A stretch of 54,829 nt of DNA, taken from the NCBI GenBank assembly GCA_002811645.1, contig PDIP01000058.1, positions 44,162 to 98,990 of the forward strand. The letters run 5' to 3'. Every line of letters begins with the position of its first letter. The stretch's first letter is position 1. Position numbers and translations under genes: made by a program. Shown here piece by piece: positions 25,201 to 37,470 of this stretch. This stretch comes from Corallochytrium limacisporum Hawaii (lineage: Eukaryota; Protista; Pluriformea). The notes under the pieces are model-generated. The model was not told the DNA's origin and did not search any database. It was given only the letters and a program-made list of their open reading frames with translations.

Positions 25201-25648
25201 TCATCGTTGTTGCTGCCGCTGTACAGGAAGGCATCTGCATTGCTCGCAACGTAATAGCAGCCCTGAGTTGTATACGTGTACAGATTCGAATTGTCATCCT
25301 TCTCAACAATATCAACTCCGTTGCAGTCCGCCTCCTGTGTGAAGTAGTCTCCAATCTTGTCCATTTCGGTCTGCACCTGATCAACCTCCGGAACGACCGC
25401 AAAATACAGTGACGGGCTCAACAGTCCTCCCAATTTACTAGAAGTGTAGTAAGAAGTGACTAAAGATGCCAGCTGCCAGACGTACGCACCCGTGAATGGA
25501 TCATTTTCTATGAATATTCCAGCTACCGCACTGTCGTCGTAGCTGATGGTGGTAAAGTCTTCCCTAAAAAACGCCAGTGCTTTCCCTTTCAAACTTGCAG
25601 ACCGGGTCTCCGGAGTGGCTGTGACATTCCGACAATCTGTCGATGGAC
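16215..25648 (-). CDS. Giant type I membrane protein (>3100 aa), main exon: Cys-rich/beta-rich ectodomain, putative beta-pore-forming core, three Ig-like repeats, C-terminal TM helix
   Basis: 9.4-kb open frame (ORF track 16215-25670) with many N-x-S/T sequons. C-terminal TM (LLLFAGSASVLLVVSIVV) is followed by the short basic tail RSLRKTKEPLL. Motifs FLVLRKPPGDHSFA, DLLIF, LSFAGD and LEDRQPGDSYDFNI..DENGMPVYQLNAGQTMC are present. The ORF's first Met has no signal peptide and probably lies in an intron. Confidence 0.85.
16470..17560 (-). repeat. Three tandem ~120-aa Ig-like repeats within the giant membrane protein
   Basis: Recurring pattern D.T.PT...E.V.C...C..D.(I/V)T(V/I)..P(L/V).(D)I...(T/S)AT(V/I)....(L/I).D...N, e.g. 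CEGDIITVYLPLDAI / CSGTQVTVGVPVLDI / CQDDIVTILMPLDDI. Confidence 0.7.
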
Positions 25649-25817
25649 CTACGAAAACGTTTGTCGACATTTCTTATTTCTATTTCTCAGTCTGCTGTCA
25701 TGCCCGATTTAATTCATGCGTACATGGTACTTTTATTCATTCTTGTATGCAGCTACTATGGTCCCGAGCATTTGAATCCCTTTTTGCAGGAGATGCCGTG
25801 CACAATTTACCACTTAC
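25649..25817 (-). other. Predicted GT-AG intron (169 nt) in the giant membrane protein gene
   Basis: Minus-strand donor G|GTAAGT at 25817 and acceptor TTTTCGTAG|GT ending at 25649. The phase-1 join gives an in-frame ...EDIGV-G-PSTDC. Confidence 0.6.
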
Positions 25818-25888
25818 CAACGCCAATGTCCTCAATGATCTGCCTTTTCAAGCTTTCGTACGCCCCACTTGATCCCACTCCATGAAAT
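25818..25888 (-). CDS. Predicted upstream coding exon of the giant membrane protein (FHGVGSSGAYESLKRQIIEDIGV)
   Basis: Preceded by a pyrimidine tract TTGCTTCTTTTCTTTCCTTTAG and followed by GTAAGT. Open in the frame required by the downstream exon. The true start exon was not resolved. Confidence 0.5.
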
Positions 25889-27153
25889 CTAAAGGAAAGA
25901 AAAGAAGCAACGGCTAGATATGCGCTAGCACAGCACTACGCAGTAGCCAATGAATGGTACAGGAATCTGAAGAGAACCCCAACACAAGAGAAGAAACACC
26001 TGCCGCCCCCTTGGCACCGGTGGTCCCTAATTCTCGTTCAATGTATGGGTGTCTGTATGGTCCCTGCGGTTACTCTCCATTCCCTCTCTTCACCATAGTG
26101 AGCAAACAGTATGCGCAAAGTGATCCCAAGCAGAATTGCCTTTGAGCTCACAGATACATTCGTACTCACACTCCGCGCCATTATTACCCCCCAATTCACT
26201 GTCTCGGCCATCATTCAGTACGGAGGATGGCAGTGGGCCTGCCTCATCACTAACCTCATGTCAGAATGGGGCATTTCAGTTCCGCCCATGGCGCATGACC
26301 ATGCCAGAGCGGACAGTGCAATAAGAGAGTGTCAGACACACCACTCTCACCCCGTCCTCCAGCCTGCCCCGAGCCAGGGGTGTGCCACGATGGAATACCG
26401 ATGGGTGAGGGAAGATTCAGGACAGCAAACAACTTTTGTCGTCGTGCGCTTGCTTTTCCCATTGGGAGAACACAAAGGAAATCGGGGGGGTCGGGGAATG
26501 CCTTGTTTCCGCACAATCCGTCCTTCGCTTCTGTTTAATCCCCCCACTTTCCCCCCGGGGGGGTCCACACTCCCGTCCTAGGCGGGCGGGCGCGTGTGCG
26601 CTTGGCAAGGGAGAGCAGTGTGGTCACAATTGGGGGGGGGCACCAGTACCGCTTGGAAAAAGCTTTTTGGCCCGTTCGAAAATTCTGCGTAGGGGGGGAA
26701 AGAGGGGAAAGCGCCGAAGGCGACGGCGTTCGGAGCGCGCACAAGCGAGAACGAAAGTGACGGCGAGATTCGAGGATGGCTTTTCCGACGCGCACGGCTT
26801 TGCAGTAAACAAACAAAGGCAACGGGAGGAGCGCGCAGCGAACTGGAGGAAAAGGACGCGGAAGCGCTTGACGACCACAGCACAAAGGGCGGAAGAAAAC
26901 AGAGTGGGAAGAGGCAGGTGCGCCATTGCTTTGGTCCTGGACCTCGCCCTAAACTTCGGGGTTGACCCATCGTCTTCCCCGAGGACCTTTCCCCTCTTTG
27001 CTACACTGTCCATATTCATAGTAAATGAATTGGGATCTATCTCAACACCTGCCTATCATCTTGGGGCAGAGCAGAGCAAAATGTTGAAAGGCCGGAAAAA
27101 GAAACTTTCAAAAATAAGGACTACAGCAAAAAAACACACAAGAGAAGAAAACA

Positions 27154-27186
<33 letters not shown>

Positions 27187-27896
27187 TGTAAACAGAACAA
27201 AAACATTTTAAATTGAAAAAGAAAAAAGGCAGAGTGTGTACAAAAACCAAAGGGCAGAAGAAAGAATAAATAAAGGGGGTTTGGTTGGCGGGCCGGGCCA
27301 ACACAGATGGGGGAGGGAGAAAAACAAGGGGGGGGGGAATCGGCGCACAAGGAAAACGAAACAGCCACAGCCACCGTCCACGAGAAAAAGGGGGGGGTAG
27401 AGATAGGAAAGAAAGATTTGACAGGCGGAAAAAATGAAAACGAAGAAGAGGTTGGTGGTAGTAAAAATCCCAGCATTAGCAGTTGGCATGTTGACTTACA
27501 GTAAGGAAGGGCAGAAACGAAAAAAAACGAAAAGGAGAAAGAACCCCGGTTGGAACAGGACCTCATGGCACGCGGGTGTGTCGTCTCGAAGAAAGGTGAC
27601 GGAAGCGATCGAGACTGATCGGTCATGGTTGTTGCTGCTTCGTCCTGTTTCCCGGGGTATCGTTGCGATGATTGTACAAGATGGGATTTTCCTGAGCACA
27701 GAAATATTAAAAGAGCTATGGAAGGTTCATGTCGAGTCCATGTTTGACTATTGAGCTTCTACGGCTTCCCGACTCCTGCACACCCGTTCACACCTGCGGG
27801 GATCGTGACATCTGTGCTGGCTAAGGCCTGAATCCAAGTCTAAACCAATTCTCTCTGTCTTCCCCTTGCCAGCATCCATGGGTGCATGTCTCTGAG

Positions 27897-27928
<32 letters not shown>

Positions 27929-28778
27929 AGTGTGTCGTAGTCACTCTCCCCTCAGAGCGTTGCCTCTCCGTCTCTCTCGCGATCCCCTTCGCCTTCTCCT
28001 TCCCGCCACCTCCCCACTTTTTTTCCTCTTCTCTCGCTATCTCTGGGTATGTCTGGAAAAGCAGCATTGCGGTCGTTCGCTCTTTCTTGTAAAACCTCAC
28101 TCCCATGCTTCGCCTTTGTAGTTCAACCCCCTCCTCCTCCGCCTCCCCCCGGCAGGGGAGGGGGCCCTTCTCACCCTAACTCTCTCCTCGTCTCTACCGC
28201 AGTGGTGCGGTACGCGTTCGCAGGACGCGGGAGACACGGAGGGCGACAGAAAAGCGTGGATGGGGGGATGTGTGCGAGGGGCCCGCTTCCGAGTAAGGAG
28301 GACACACACAGAGACACGCACAGTGAAGACCCTGAAGGGTTACGGAGGCAATTGGAGTGTTAGCATTTGTACCGAACTGTGTAACAATGCCTTTTGCTCA
28401 TTGGACAGTATGATTGACATTAAAGGAATCTGCCCAACAAAGTTTACTTCCTTTTGGCTATATGACTACATTGGGGAACAGGGAACATGGTCTCAAGCCT
28501 TTGATTTCACTATTGATGTATGGCTTCAGGGCAAGATCTCGTACTTGAATCAACCAAGGAACCTTACAAAGTTATTTTCCATGGCAATTATGCCGGTCTC
28601 TTTATAGTTTGCAGAATTTTTGAATAGTAACGTTATCCGGCGCACCTGATATGACCAACGCGTGTAATTGGTCCCTTTGAATCAAAACTTAGTTCTCGCA
28701 TTGAGTATTGGTAGGACCAGAATAATATCACACAAGAAACACAGACAGGTATACACATATTCCCGGGAAAATTTTACC

Positions 28779-31700
28779 ATGTTTGCTCCCGGACTCGCCT
28801 ACGCCGCCCTCACCGTAACACTACTGGCCGAGTTATCATGGGCACAATCCGCATGCGTTGACTATAGTTTTGTGCCCCCATCCAACGGGCCTAGTGACTT
28901 TGAGCTCGAGGGGGTGGCAAATTTTCTAGAAAACGGCAATGTTCTCCTCACCTTTGCCAGTGTGGAGCGTGCACCCCTCCAGGGGACAGCATCTCTCACA
29001 AGTCAGGACATCGTGATCGATGGAGGGATCGGAAATTACCTCGAAGCCGACGCACTTGTTGACATCTCCACCCTCGCGGACGGTTTGCAGCACGGTGATT
29101 ACATTCGTATGGGCCTATTCAATGTTTCGGATCCCACCGCCACTCCTACTGTAGTGCTGGCTGGTGAGTTGGACCTGTCACCAGCTGGGGAAGATGATCC
29201 CCGTGCCTTTCGCGATCGCGACACAGTCGTCGGTCTAAACCTGGACCCAGCCGATCCTGACGTTTCCCAGGTCGCTGCACCTTTGAATCTGACGCTCCCC
29301 ACGGATGGATCCTCTACGCGTATGCGTCTACACCTTGAGTTGCGCAACAACGTTGTGTCCTTCACGGCAGCAGTCGCCAAGACCGGCGAGACGGCCGCAG
29401 ATCTTGACAAGCCTTCCTTCGAATTTTCACAACCAAGTGGATTTGCAACGACCGCCTATGACCTGCCTCCGGGCACCTACCGCCTCGCGGTCACTGCCCG
29501 AACTCAGAATCGCGTTCGTGGGTCCACTTTCACAATGGCAGGGCTTCGTCTTGCGGCCAGTGGCAATGAAGCACCCGGTTTCTGCCTCAACAACAGCCCA
29601 GACCAGAATAAAACTGTGCCGCTGATGTGTCCTACCTCACAGCAGTTTCAGGCCGCCAACGGAAACTTTGGTGATGTCCTGCTGCAAGAGGGCGAGGTGC
29701 TCGTCGTCGGTGATGATGGCGTGCTGACCCTTGAGCCACTGGAGACGAACCCAGGCTCGGACACGGCCCCAACCACGACTGCTGTGCGTTTCATTCAACA
29801 ATTCGATGGACGGGGCCTTACCAGTCTGTCCAGTCAGGTCGATTTCCAAGTTCTGACCATTGCAGGAACCCCAACGGGATCCAGCGTCCAGCTGTTCTTT
29901 CAGGGATCTCATGAATACTTTCCCCGTTTGGGTGTCATTGCAGACTACACGTGGGGTTATGATGATGAACCGACTGATTTTAGCGATAAGGACCCTCCAT
30001 ACGTGTACAAGGCCGAGGCGCATCTGCGGATCTGTTCTGATGTGACCGCAAGTCTGTACAACAACTACGTTGGCACAAAAGTACAAGGAGAAGGCACAGG
30101 CACCATTCCGGAACCGTGCGAAGTCAACCTTACCATCGAAACCGACCGCATTATGGACACTACCGAGCACAGCCTCATCTTCCAGTACGCAAACGGAGTC
30201 ATGTTGCACGCCTGGTGCACACGAAAACAGATGAACTGGTTGCCCAGGCCGCAGTCAGCCTACATGATCTGACCTTTATGGGTGATGCTGTCTCTGGTTT
30301 CACACGTCCTGAACTGCTCAACGCACTCCTCGGCGATTCCTTCACCGCAGGTGCCTCAGTGCTTAGTGATGTTGGCTTAGGCGGCGAAGTACAAATTAGC
30401 GAGGTCAATGTCTTAGCCGAGAACACAGCCTGCGATACCTACGCCAATTTCTGCCCGCCATACTTGTTCGTACCCTCCGCAGGGCTGAAGGCGCCGTCGG
30501 TGTCTGGAAAACTGTCACAGCTGGATAACCCGGCCGGTAATATTACAGCGGGGAATGGCGAACCACTCGCCCCGACCACCCTCTCCGCATCCCTCTATGG
30601 CGAAGTCTCCCGCAACGATGCAGAAGAGGTTATGCTGAACACCACCTGCCGTAGTGAACACAACGCGAGCCGCGTGAATTTCCGGCAAAGCGTGCTAACT
30701 GCCATTGATGTGGACTTCTTGTACGCAAACCAACTCTTCTTCGTACCGCTCGCAACCGACGCAATGATAGGATGGTCCATTGATTTGGTCCCCAAAGCTC
30801 TATCCTCCGTCGCAGGTCTCCGCATCGTCTTTGAGCCGACCAACCAAAATGATACAGACAATGGTGCTGGCACATACGAGGGCGCCAATGGCACGTACGC
30901 AACCTACACCATATCTATCCGTGGGGGAATAGTCGACGGAGAGGAAGACCTCACCACACTTGTTCAGGAACACTTCCTCCATGAGGATTTTCGTCCGATT
31001 GTTGACTTCCAAGGTGGTGCTCGGGTCGACCCCTCCGACAACACTGAAGTTTTCAACACCACCTACGCGGACTATGGTACACTTGAGGTTAGCATAGAGT
31101 ATAAGGATGGGAATCTCGTGGTCGAGGTTCTCGCCCCAGGCTTCCCGGATCGTCCACTGGCGTTCCTGGCTACTCCTATTGGCGAGCTGACGGACTACGT
31201 CGGAAACGAATTTTTCCTATCGTATGCTGCCTGGTCACCACTCGCAAGCAACACGACTCTGTGTCCGATATTTGGTGGAGAGGACAACGACACGTCCGGA
31301 TTCCTCAACTTCAAGGAACTTACCGCCTTTTCCTTAACCAAAGACTGTTACCCTGCGACGACTTGTGGGGAGCTTGTTAGCTACTACATCGACCGCACAC
31401 ACCAGGACAAGTCTCAGTTCCTCGCCGCTGGCAACACAGTAATTGACAACACCACCCAAATCATCACCATGTCATCCCACGGCATCAACGCCGGCAATAC
31501 GCGGTCCCAACTCCTCATTGGCAATAGTACCATCGACACAGAGGATCTGCAGACTTTGAGCCTGGATCTGTTGGTTCTCCTTCGTACTGACCGTGAGCAC
31601 AAGGACCGTCATCCAATTGAAGGGTCCATCTTGCTTCCCTTGACCCCGGTCTACGGTGTCGATATTTGTGCCCCGATTACCGCCCTAATTCATTATGATA

Positions 31701-34700
31701 CCGATGAGAACAGCTCAACCGGCCTGTCCGTAACGCTGGCTATTTTGCAAGATCGGCCGAGTATATTTGTACGCGAATACGGGCGTGTAGTGGACGCCGC
31801 TGTGGACATGGACTCGGATTCTAGCGCTGTGACGCGCGTGACTGGCGATGCGCCTGCGGTTGGTGTTTCACACCGCATACGTCTCGAGTATGATGGTTCT
31901 CAGCTTTCTCTGTATCTGTTTAATGAGGACAATGCAATGGTTTTGGCCAATAACGGAGAAAACGCACTCCGCTTGACCGTAGATGTGGACAAAGGCACAC
32001 TACTGGATGTACTGGGTCGGACTCTGGCGCTGGGTGCCATTGTACAGGCGTCCCCAGATGCGTTCATTACCGTCGATATTGATGCCGCCGAGGTCAACAT
32101 CCAGCGCTTAGAATGCCCTACCAAACTTGAGGACGGGAGCACGGTAGACACCAACCAGGTGTCTTGCGATGACGTAGCATGGTCAGCAGAATTAGCCGAC
32201 AACTCTGTATGGGCCACAAATATCCAAAACAAGTTTTCTGAGGATGGTACTCTGACTTTAATGTCCAACATTGCCACAGGCAGCAGTAATCTGGCAGAGG
32301 CTAATTATCACTCGTACCGCCTTCGCTCCGGCATTGCTGGTGGACAATTTTTGATCAATCGCATCTTTGCACTAGATCTCGCCATTGACCGCGCTATTTC
32401 GGTGGTCGTCAATGGCGCAACCATCACAGCTCCGACGTTTGGTGCCGATCTGGCACTCACCTTCCATCCGTATGAGTTGTTCTCGGCTCCTGGCAGTGTT
32501 ATTTTGGAATTTGATGCTGGTGCGGCGGCTGGTACATTCAATGTTGGAATCCGTCTTGAGTCCTCAAGCGCATTCCAGCGGGGTGGTGCCTCGGATACGA
32601 CACCTGTTTGGTTTGACCGTACTTTTGAGCTCGGTAACACCTTCACGTTCCGGTTGGAGTTTTATCAAAACTTCTTGGTGGCCACAATCACGAAAGGAGG
32701 TACGGTGGCCAATGATGTGGCCAGTATCCTCAGCCGCCTAGAACTATTTGTACCTGATTTTGACGCGTTCTTCCCTGCTGGTTTGACTCAGCCTGCGCTT
32801 CACGTCCTCGAAAACGAAGCACATGCAGATGATGTAACCGCTGCTAAGCTTGTGCTATCCAAATTCGAGGTGCAGAGCTCCAGTTCCGCGTGCGCCAGTG
32901 ATTCACAACTTAACCCTGATTGCATGGCACCAGCCTACAATTGGGCCAAAAAGCCAACTTCAGCTCCGTTCCAGAATGCCGGCAAAGTCAACCTTATTGA
33001 CAACGGTAACGCCATGCAATTCTCTGCCCCTGGAGGTCTAGCACGGACTTCACAGATATTTGCAGCTGCGCCAGGATTTCGGAACTTGCTGATCAGCTCA
33101 GAGTTCGCCGTAAAGGACGAGACCTCCGGCGAAGAGCCTTACGGTGCTTACGCCATGGCCCTGCAGCCCGACGGACTGCGTCAGTTGTCTCCAGCCGTTG
33201 TGCTGGTTTCGTTTCCTGAGGGATCAACCACTGCGCGGCTTTGTGCTCTTACCGATGCCTATCTTGGTGATTTGAAATGCCCTGACCCCAGCAGCAGCAC
33301 CGGATCCATCGAAATTGATCGCAGTTCAGTGCTCAGCGGGAACCCGATCACACTGGAACTTGTCTATAGCGACTCAAGCCAAGAATTAGGAGCTTTGCTC
33401 TATTTCACTGGCTCGGACGAGTACATTGGCCTGGTGAAGATTGGAGCTATCAGCAATTTGGGCACTGCACACAAACTTGGCCTGACCTATGCGGTGGCCT
33501 TAGTTGCGGAGATAGACGGTCCCGCTGACGCAAGTCTGCAGCTGACCATGTTTATGAACATCCTGCTACACAATGACTGTCCTGAGAGCTTGCGTAAGTT
33601 CGTATACCAGGCCGCGTCAGGTGTGGACTTGGGTTTTACGCCGTTCTCTGCCGATGCGAATGATGTCATCCACTATGATTCCGGCGCTACAGTGCAATCA
33701 ATGCCCCTCAATTTCCTGAACAATTCGAACACGAACGAATATTTCACCCTTGATGAGCTGTTTGAGTGCGACGGTCTGTCCACCATCGACAAAGACACCG
33801 GCTCGCTTAAAATCCTGCCAGGTACAACTGCTGAGGAAGCCGGAGCCTGTCGTGTGGCTAAAGAGATTGACCTGAGCGGACTAGAATATGGTGAAATCTG
33901 CATGTTGGGAAAGCTGGACTCTCCGGATATGTTTGCCGATGACCTGTTACCAATCTTCTGGGGTGCGGTTGGTCTGCGTTTGCGTTTGCAAGACACAACC
34001 ACCGAGAGACAGATTTTCTTCGAGGTCGACTCGTACGTGAACACAAACTTAGATGTGCCGAACCCCATCAATCTCAAAGATCCTTTCCAATATCACTCCA
34101 GCATTAATGTGTTGGCACGTGATCAACCGTCTCAGGAGGTGAGCACCGAAACAGACGCTGAACTGCTGAGTCCCTTCACTCCGCTCAAAGATAGCACCGC
34201 GTTCTTTGACCCGCAGCCGGATTCCACTAGCTTTATTTTCCAGACTTGCGGAAAGATTGAACCACGACGCTTTGTGGTCCATACTGTACTACCCTCCTTT
34301 GCAATTGGCAATTCTGAAGGGTACTTCAATGCGCGCGAGGTGGCAGGCGATTCCCGCGAATACAGCGGTGCGAACACTCTGCTTAGTGGTTTGAATCTGC
34401 TCACAGTGTCTGCCTTTGGTCAATCCAAATTTGAAGTTTTCCAGCTGTCGTTCTCTAGTTCAACAGAAACAAGCCGCTACGAGGCAACCGTGATAGAGAA
34501 GCTGCAGACGATTGATGATCCAAGTACGCGCAAAAGACGGCGCAGTCGTCGTCAGGCCCGGAAGGCCATGGACTCCGTATTTCAAAGGGAAGGTGACAAT
34601 GTGAACATGGATATGGAAGAAGACGATACGTACCGCGGAGCATTCCATCTGAAGGAAAACTTTCTCTCCGCATGGCACGAACAGCATCAGCGTAATCTAC

Positions 34701-37171
34701 ACAATACCGGCAAGAAATACCGTCGCGATGTGACATGCACCACCACTGTGCATTCGGACTCGAGTATCTCTGATGCAATTTTAACCTCCCTACAGTCCGC
34801 GGCCGACGATGAAATTGTCACAGTTTGCCTGCAACCCGGCGTGACCTACATTGAAGACGTTTCCATCCCAAACGCGGCCACAGCTACGAATGTGAAATTG
34901 GTCCTGACCACCGACGGTTCAACTCACGCTATAATTGAGGCAGACACGGGCTCGGACCCTGCCCTAATTATTGACTCACCGCAGACTGAGATTGCCAATG
35001 TAATTGTCAGGGTCGACACCACTAAGGCACAGTCGGATGACAGTATTGTTATCATAGGTGCCCCCTCAGTGACACTGAACCACGTCACGGTTCACGCGAT
35101 GATCGATGCCAATGCCTGGGTTGGGACCTTTGAGGCGGTCGTGCTTGGTGTGCACCAGGACATTGTCATTTCCAATTCGTTTATCACTATCAGTGACCAG
35201 CAAGCTGCTCTCGCAGCAGCAGAGTCCAATGGTGGTGGGATGACAAACCTGACGGCCATTGCCATAGATCCCATAAATGGTGGTCAGACTGATAATTTGG
35301 ACGGCCTGGTGGTGGCCAACAGTACAATCTCTAAAGGGTGGGAGTTTGGTGTTGACCTGTCGGCATCCGGACTAACCGGTACTCCTTCACGACTGGTGAC
35401 AGTGTCCAACAATTTGTTCCAGGATGTGGGAACCCCAGTGACCATTGCCTTAGACAATCATGCGGCGATATCAATTCGCGGAAACCTTGTGTTCGCAAAC
35501 TCCAGTGTCGCCGCCAACGTGATTTTTGGCGGCATCTTTGGTCCTGGGATAGCTATTGATGATGCGCTCGATACCGCCGCCGAAAGTATCGCTATCTTTG
35601 GAAATGCGTTCCTCAGTCCGCAATCCCCTCTCATTGAAAACAACCTGGCCGCCCAGGGTATCGACGTTGAACCTCAGGTTTACTGCAACTATCTGACCAC
35701 GGGATCACCTGATGTGGCAACTTTTTATAATGGCATTACTGTCACATCTCTGTCCACCTATCTAACCAACAGTGGCGCTTGTGTCACCATAGAGACTGCC
35801 AAGCTAGACACGTGTGCAAACGTCGATTCGGCGGCTCTGTCCCTGACCGAGGACATTCTAGAGGATGAGAGCTGCTGTGTTGAGGCGTTCATGAATCCAA
35901 TCAATTTGCAGGCCGAAGCCGTCCTGTTTGACGGCTGTATCAAAAATGAGGCCACTGGTCTTGTCCAGTGCACAGGCACGTCTCAAGACCCAGCCGCAAT
36001 TCGGCTCCTGACAGAGATCGACTTTAGGGAGGACAAGAATACAATCCTGGATGTAATCCTGGAAACAACAGCAGGGGATGGAGATTTCAACTTGCAGCTC
36101 GCTCGGACAGACAACGCACTGCGTCCGTTGCCAATTATGCTGAACGTTGCACCGAACTCGACAGTTACCTGTCCAAATGGAGCGCTTTCCCTGAGTGATG
36201 TTGGCTATTCCACAACCATTGCGGAGGCCAGCGAATGCGTCAATTTCCCGAGCACAGATGACAATCGCCGTGTTCGATTTGTAATTGACCCTCTTGGCAC
36301 TCGCGTGACCGGCTCCTTGACGGGAGAGGCCAGTGACGGTGATTTTGTAGCCGATGGCTTCATGACTGCGTTCTATGGATCCGGCGGTGGGGTTTTCTCC
36401 ATCACACTGCAGTCTACCAGCAGCTTCACCATCAAGCAGGCACGGATCATCAGCTGTACCTTTGGTCTTCCTTTTATTTCTTCGTTCACTGTCGACGATA
36501 CGACTTCAGGCACTGCCTCGGACACCTTTGTTGAGCTCGATAGCAAGGACGAGGAAATTCCCGTTAAGGAGCGGCCCAACGGTGGTGTCTTGCTAAGTGG
36601 AAACTCACGCGAGATCCGCACCGTAGATAGCTACCAGATCAGTGATAGTGTTGCGGTACGCTTCGACTTTAACATTTACTTTACGAGGATTGATTATCTG
36701 AATCGTCCGGACTGCTCTGTGGACGAAACGCGTGATCTAGTTGTGACTCTGGAGGGCGACAGAGGCAATAACCTCGAACTCCTGCGTGTCAGCCAAGGTA
36801 CGCAGCCCCTACCCTCCGCCAGTTATGCGATTGACGCGTCCACATCCACTACTGACCTATTCGGTGTTCGGGAGACAATAACCTTTGGCGGTGACGAGTC
36901 CACTAACACAACCTTTGTTCCGCTGCAGAATCTAGACTTCAGTATCACGCTTGTTCAACAAACGACGCTGTCCGTGAACAGCTTGTTATCTAACCCGTTG
37001 GGCACAGCCAATGCAAATATCACAACGGAAGTGAACGACGGCTCATTAACATACCCACTTAGCATCCCTGTGAACGCAACGGATGTGGGCAATGCACGAA
37101 TTCTCTTTGAAGCAGACAACAGTGACTGTATCATTGCGAATCTACGCACATTGAATGTCGTGGTGCTGTAG
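28779..37171 (+). CDS. Giant secreted protein (~2797 aa once a 1-nt frameshift at ~30203 is corrected): ~6-7 tandem divergent legume(L-type)-lectin/ConA-like domains, polybasic spacer, parallel beta-helix, further beta-sandwich domains
   Basis: Signal peptide MFAPGLAYAALTVTLLAELSWA-Q from ATG 28779. L-lectin-like motifs DFELEGVANFLENGNVLLT, HRIRLEYDGSQLSLYL and FFEVDSYVN...DPFQYHSSINV, with Cys-pair linkers between units. Beta-helix cap ILTSLQSAADDEIVTVCLQPGVTYIEDVSI is followed by I.N/V.N coils (VTVSNNLFQD, ISIRGNLV, IAIFGNAF). The two ORFs (28668-30272 and 30116-37171) overlap in different frames. Confidence 0.75.
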
Positions 37172-37470
37172 GGGCCCTTAGAGGTTTTTTGAAATACGCC
37201 CAGCAGGCCAGGCTAACCTGAGCGTCTACTTTACATCATATTGCTATTTCTTGTCTTCCAGCCTGCCGTCCCTCTGTCCGAGTGGGCAGTCATCGGGTTG
37301 CGCGTAGGGTTACGTTTTGGTCAAGAAAAGAAATAGATCCGCTGGAATGCTGTTGGCTCTACCAGTAGTCGGCACCATGGTAGATGTTGGCTAACCAGAG
37401 AAAGGATCAATATATATATATATAGTAATTATGAAATATGAATAAACATGCTCTGATGGGATCATGACAA

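Noticed and set aside
25671-25690. GAAATAG-like motif shared just upstream of the ATGs at 25670 and 52070
   Set aside because: Short and A-rich, and the 25670 ATG is probably intronic, so the parallel is likely coincidental.
26436-27626. 251-aa basic ORF and neighbours
   Set aside because: Low-complexity purine-rich intergenic sequence with homopolymer runs and no domain evidence.
30198-30230. Programmed -1 ribosomal frameshift signal at the lectin ORF overlap
   Set aside because: No canonical slippery heptamer or obvious downstream structure. A one-base deletion explains the overlap more simply.
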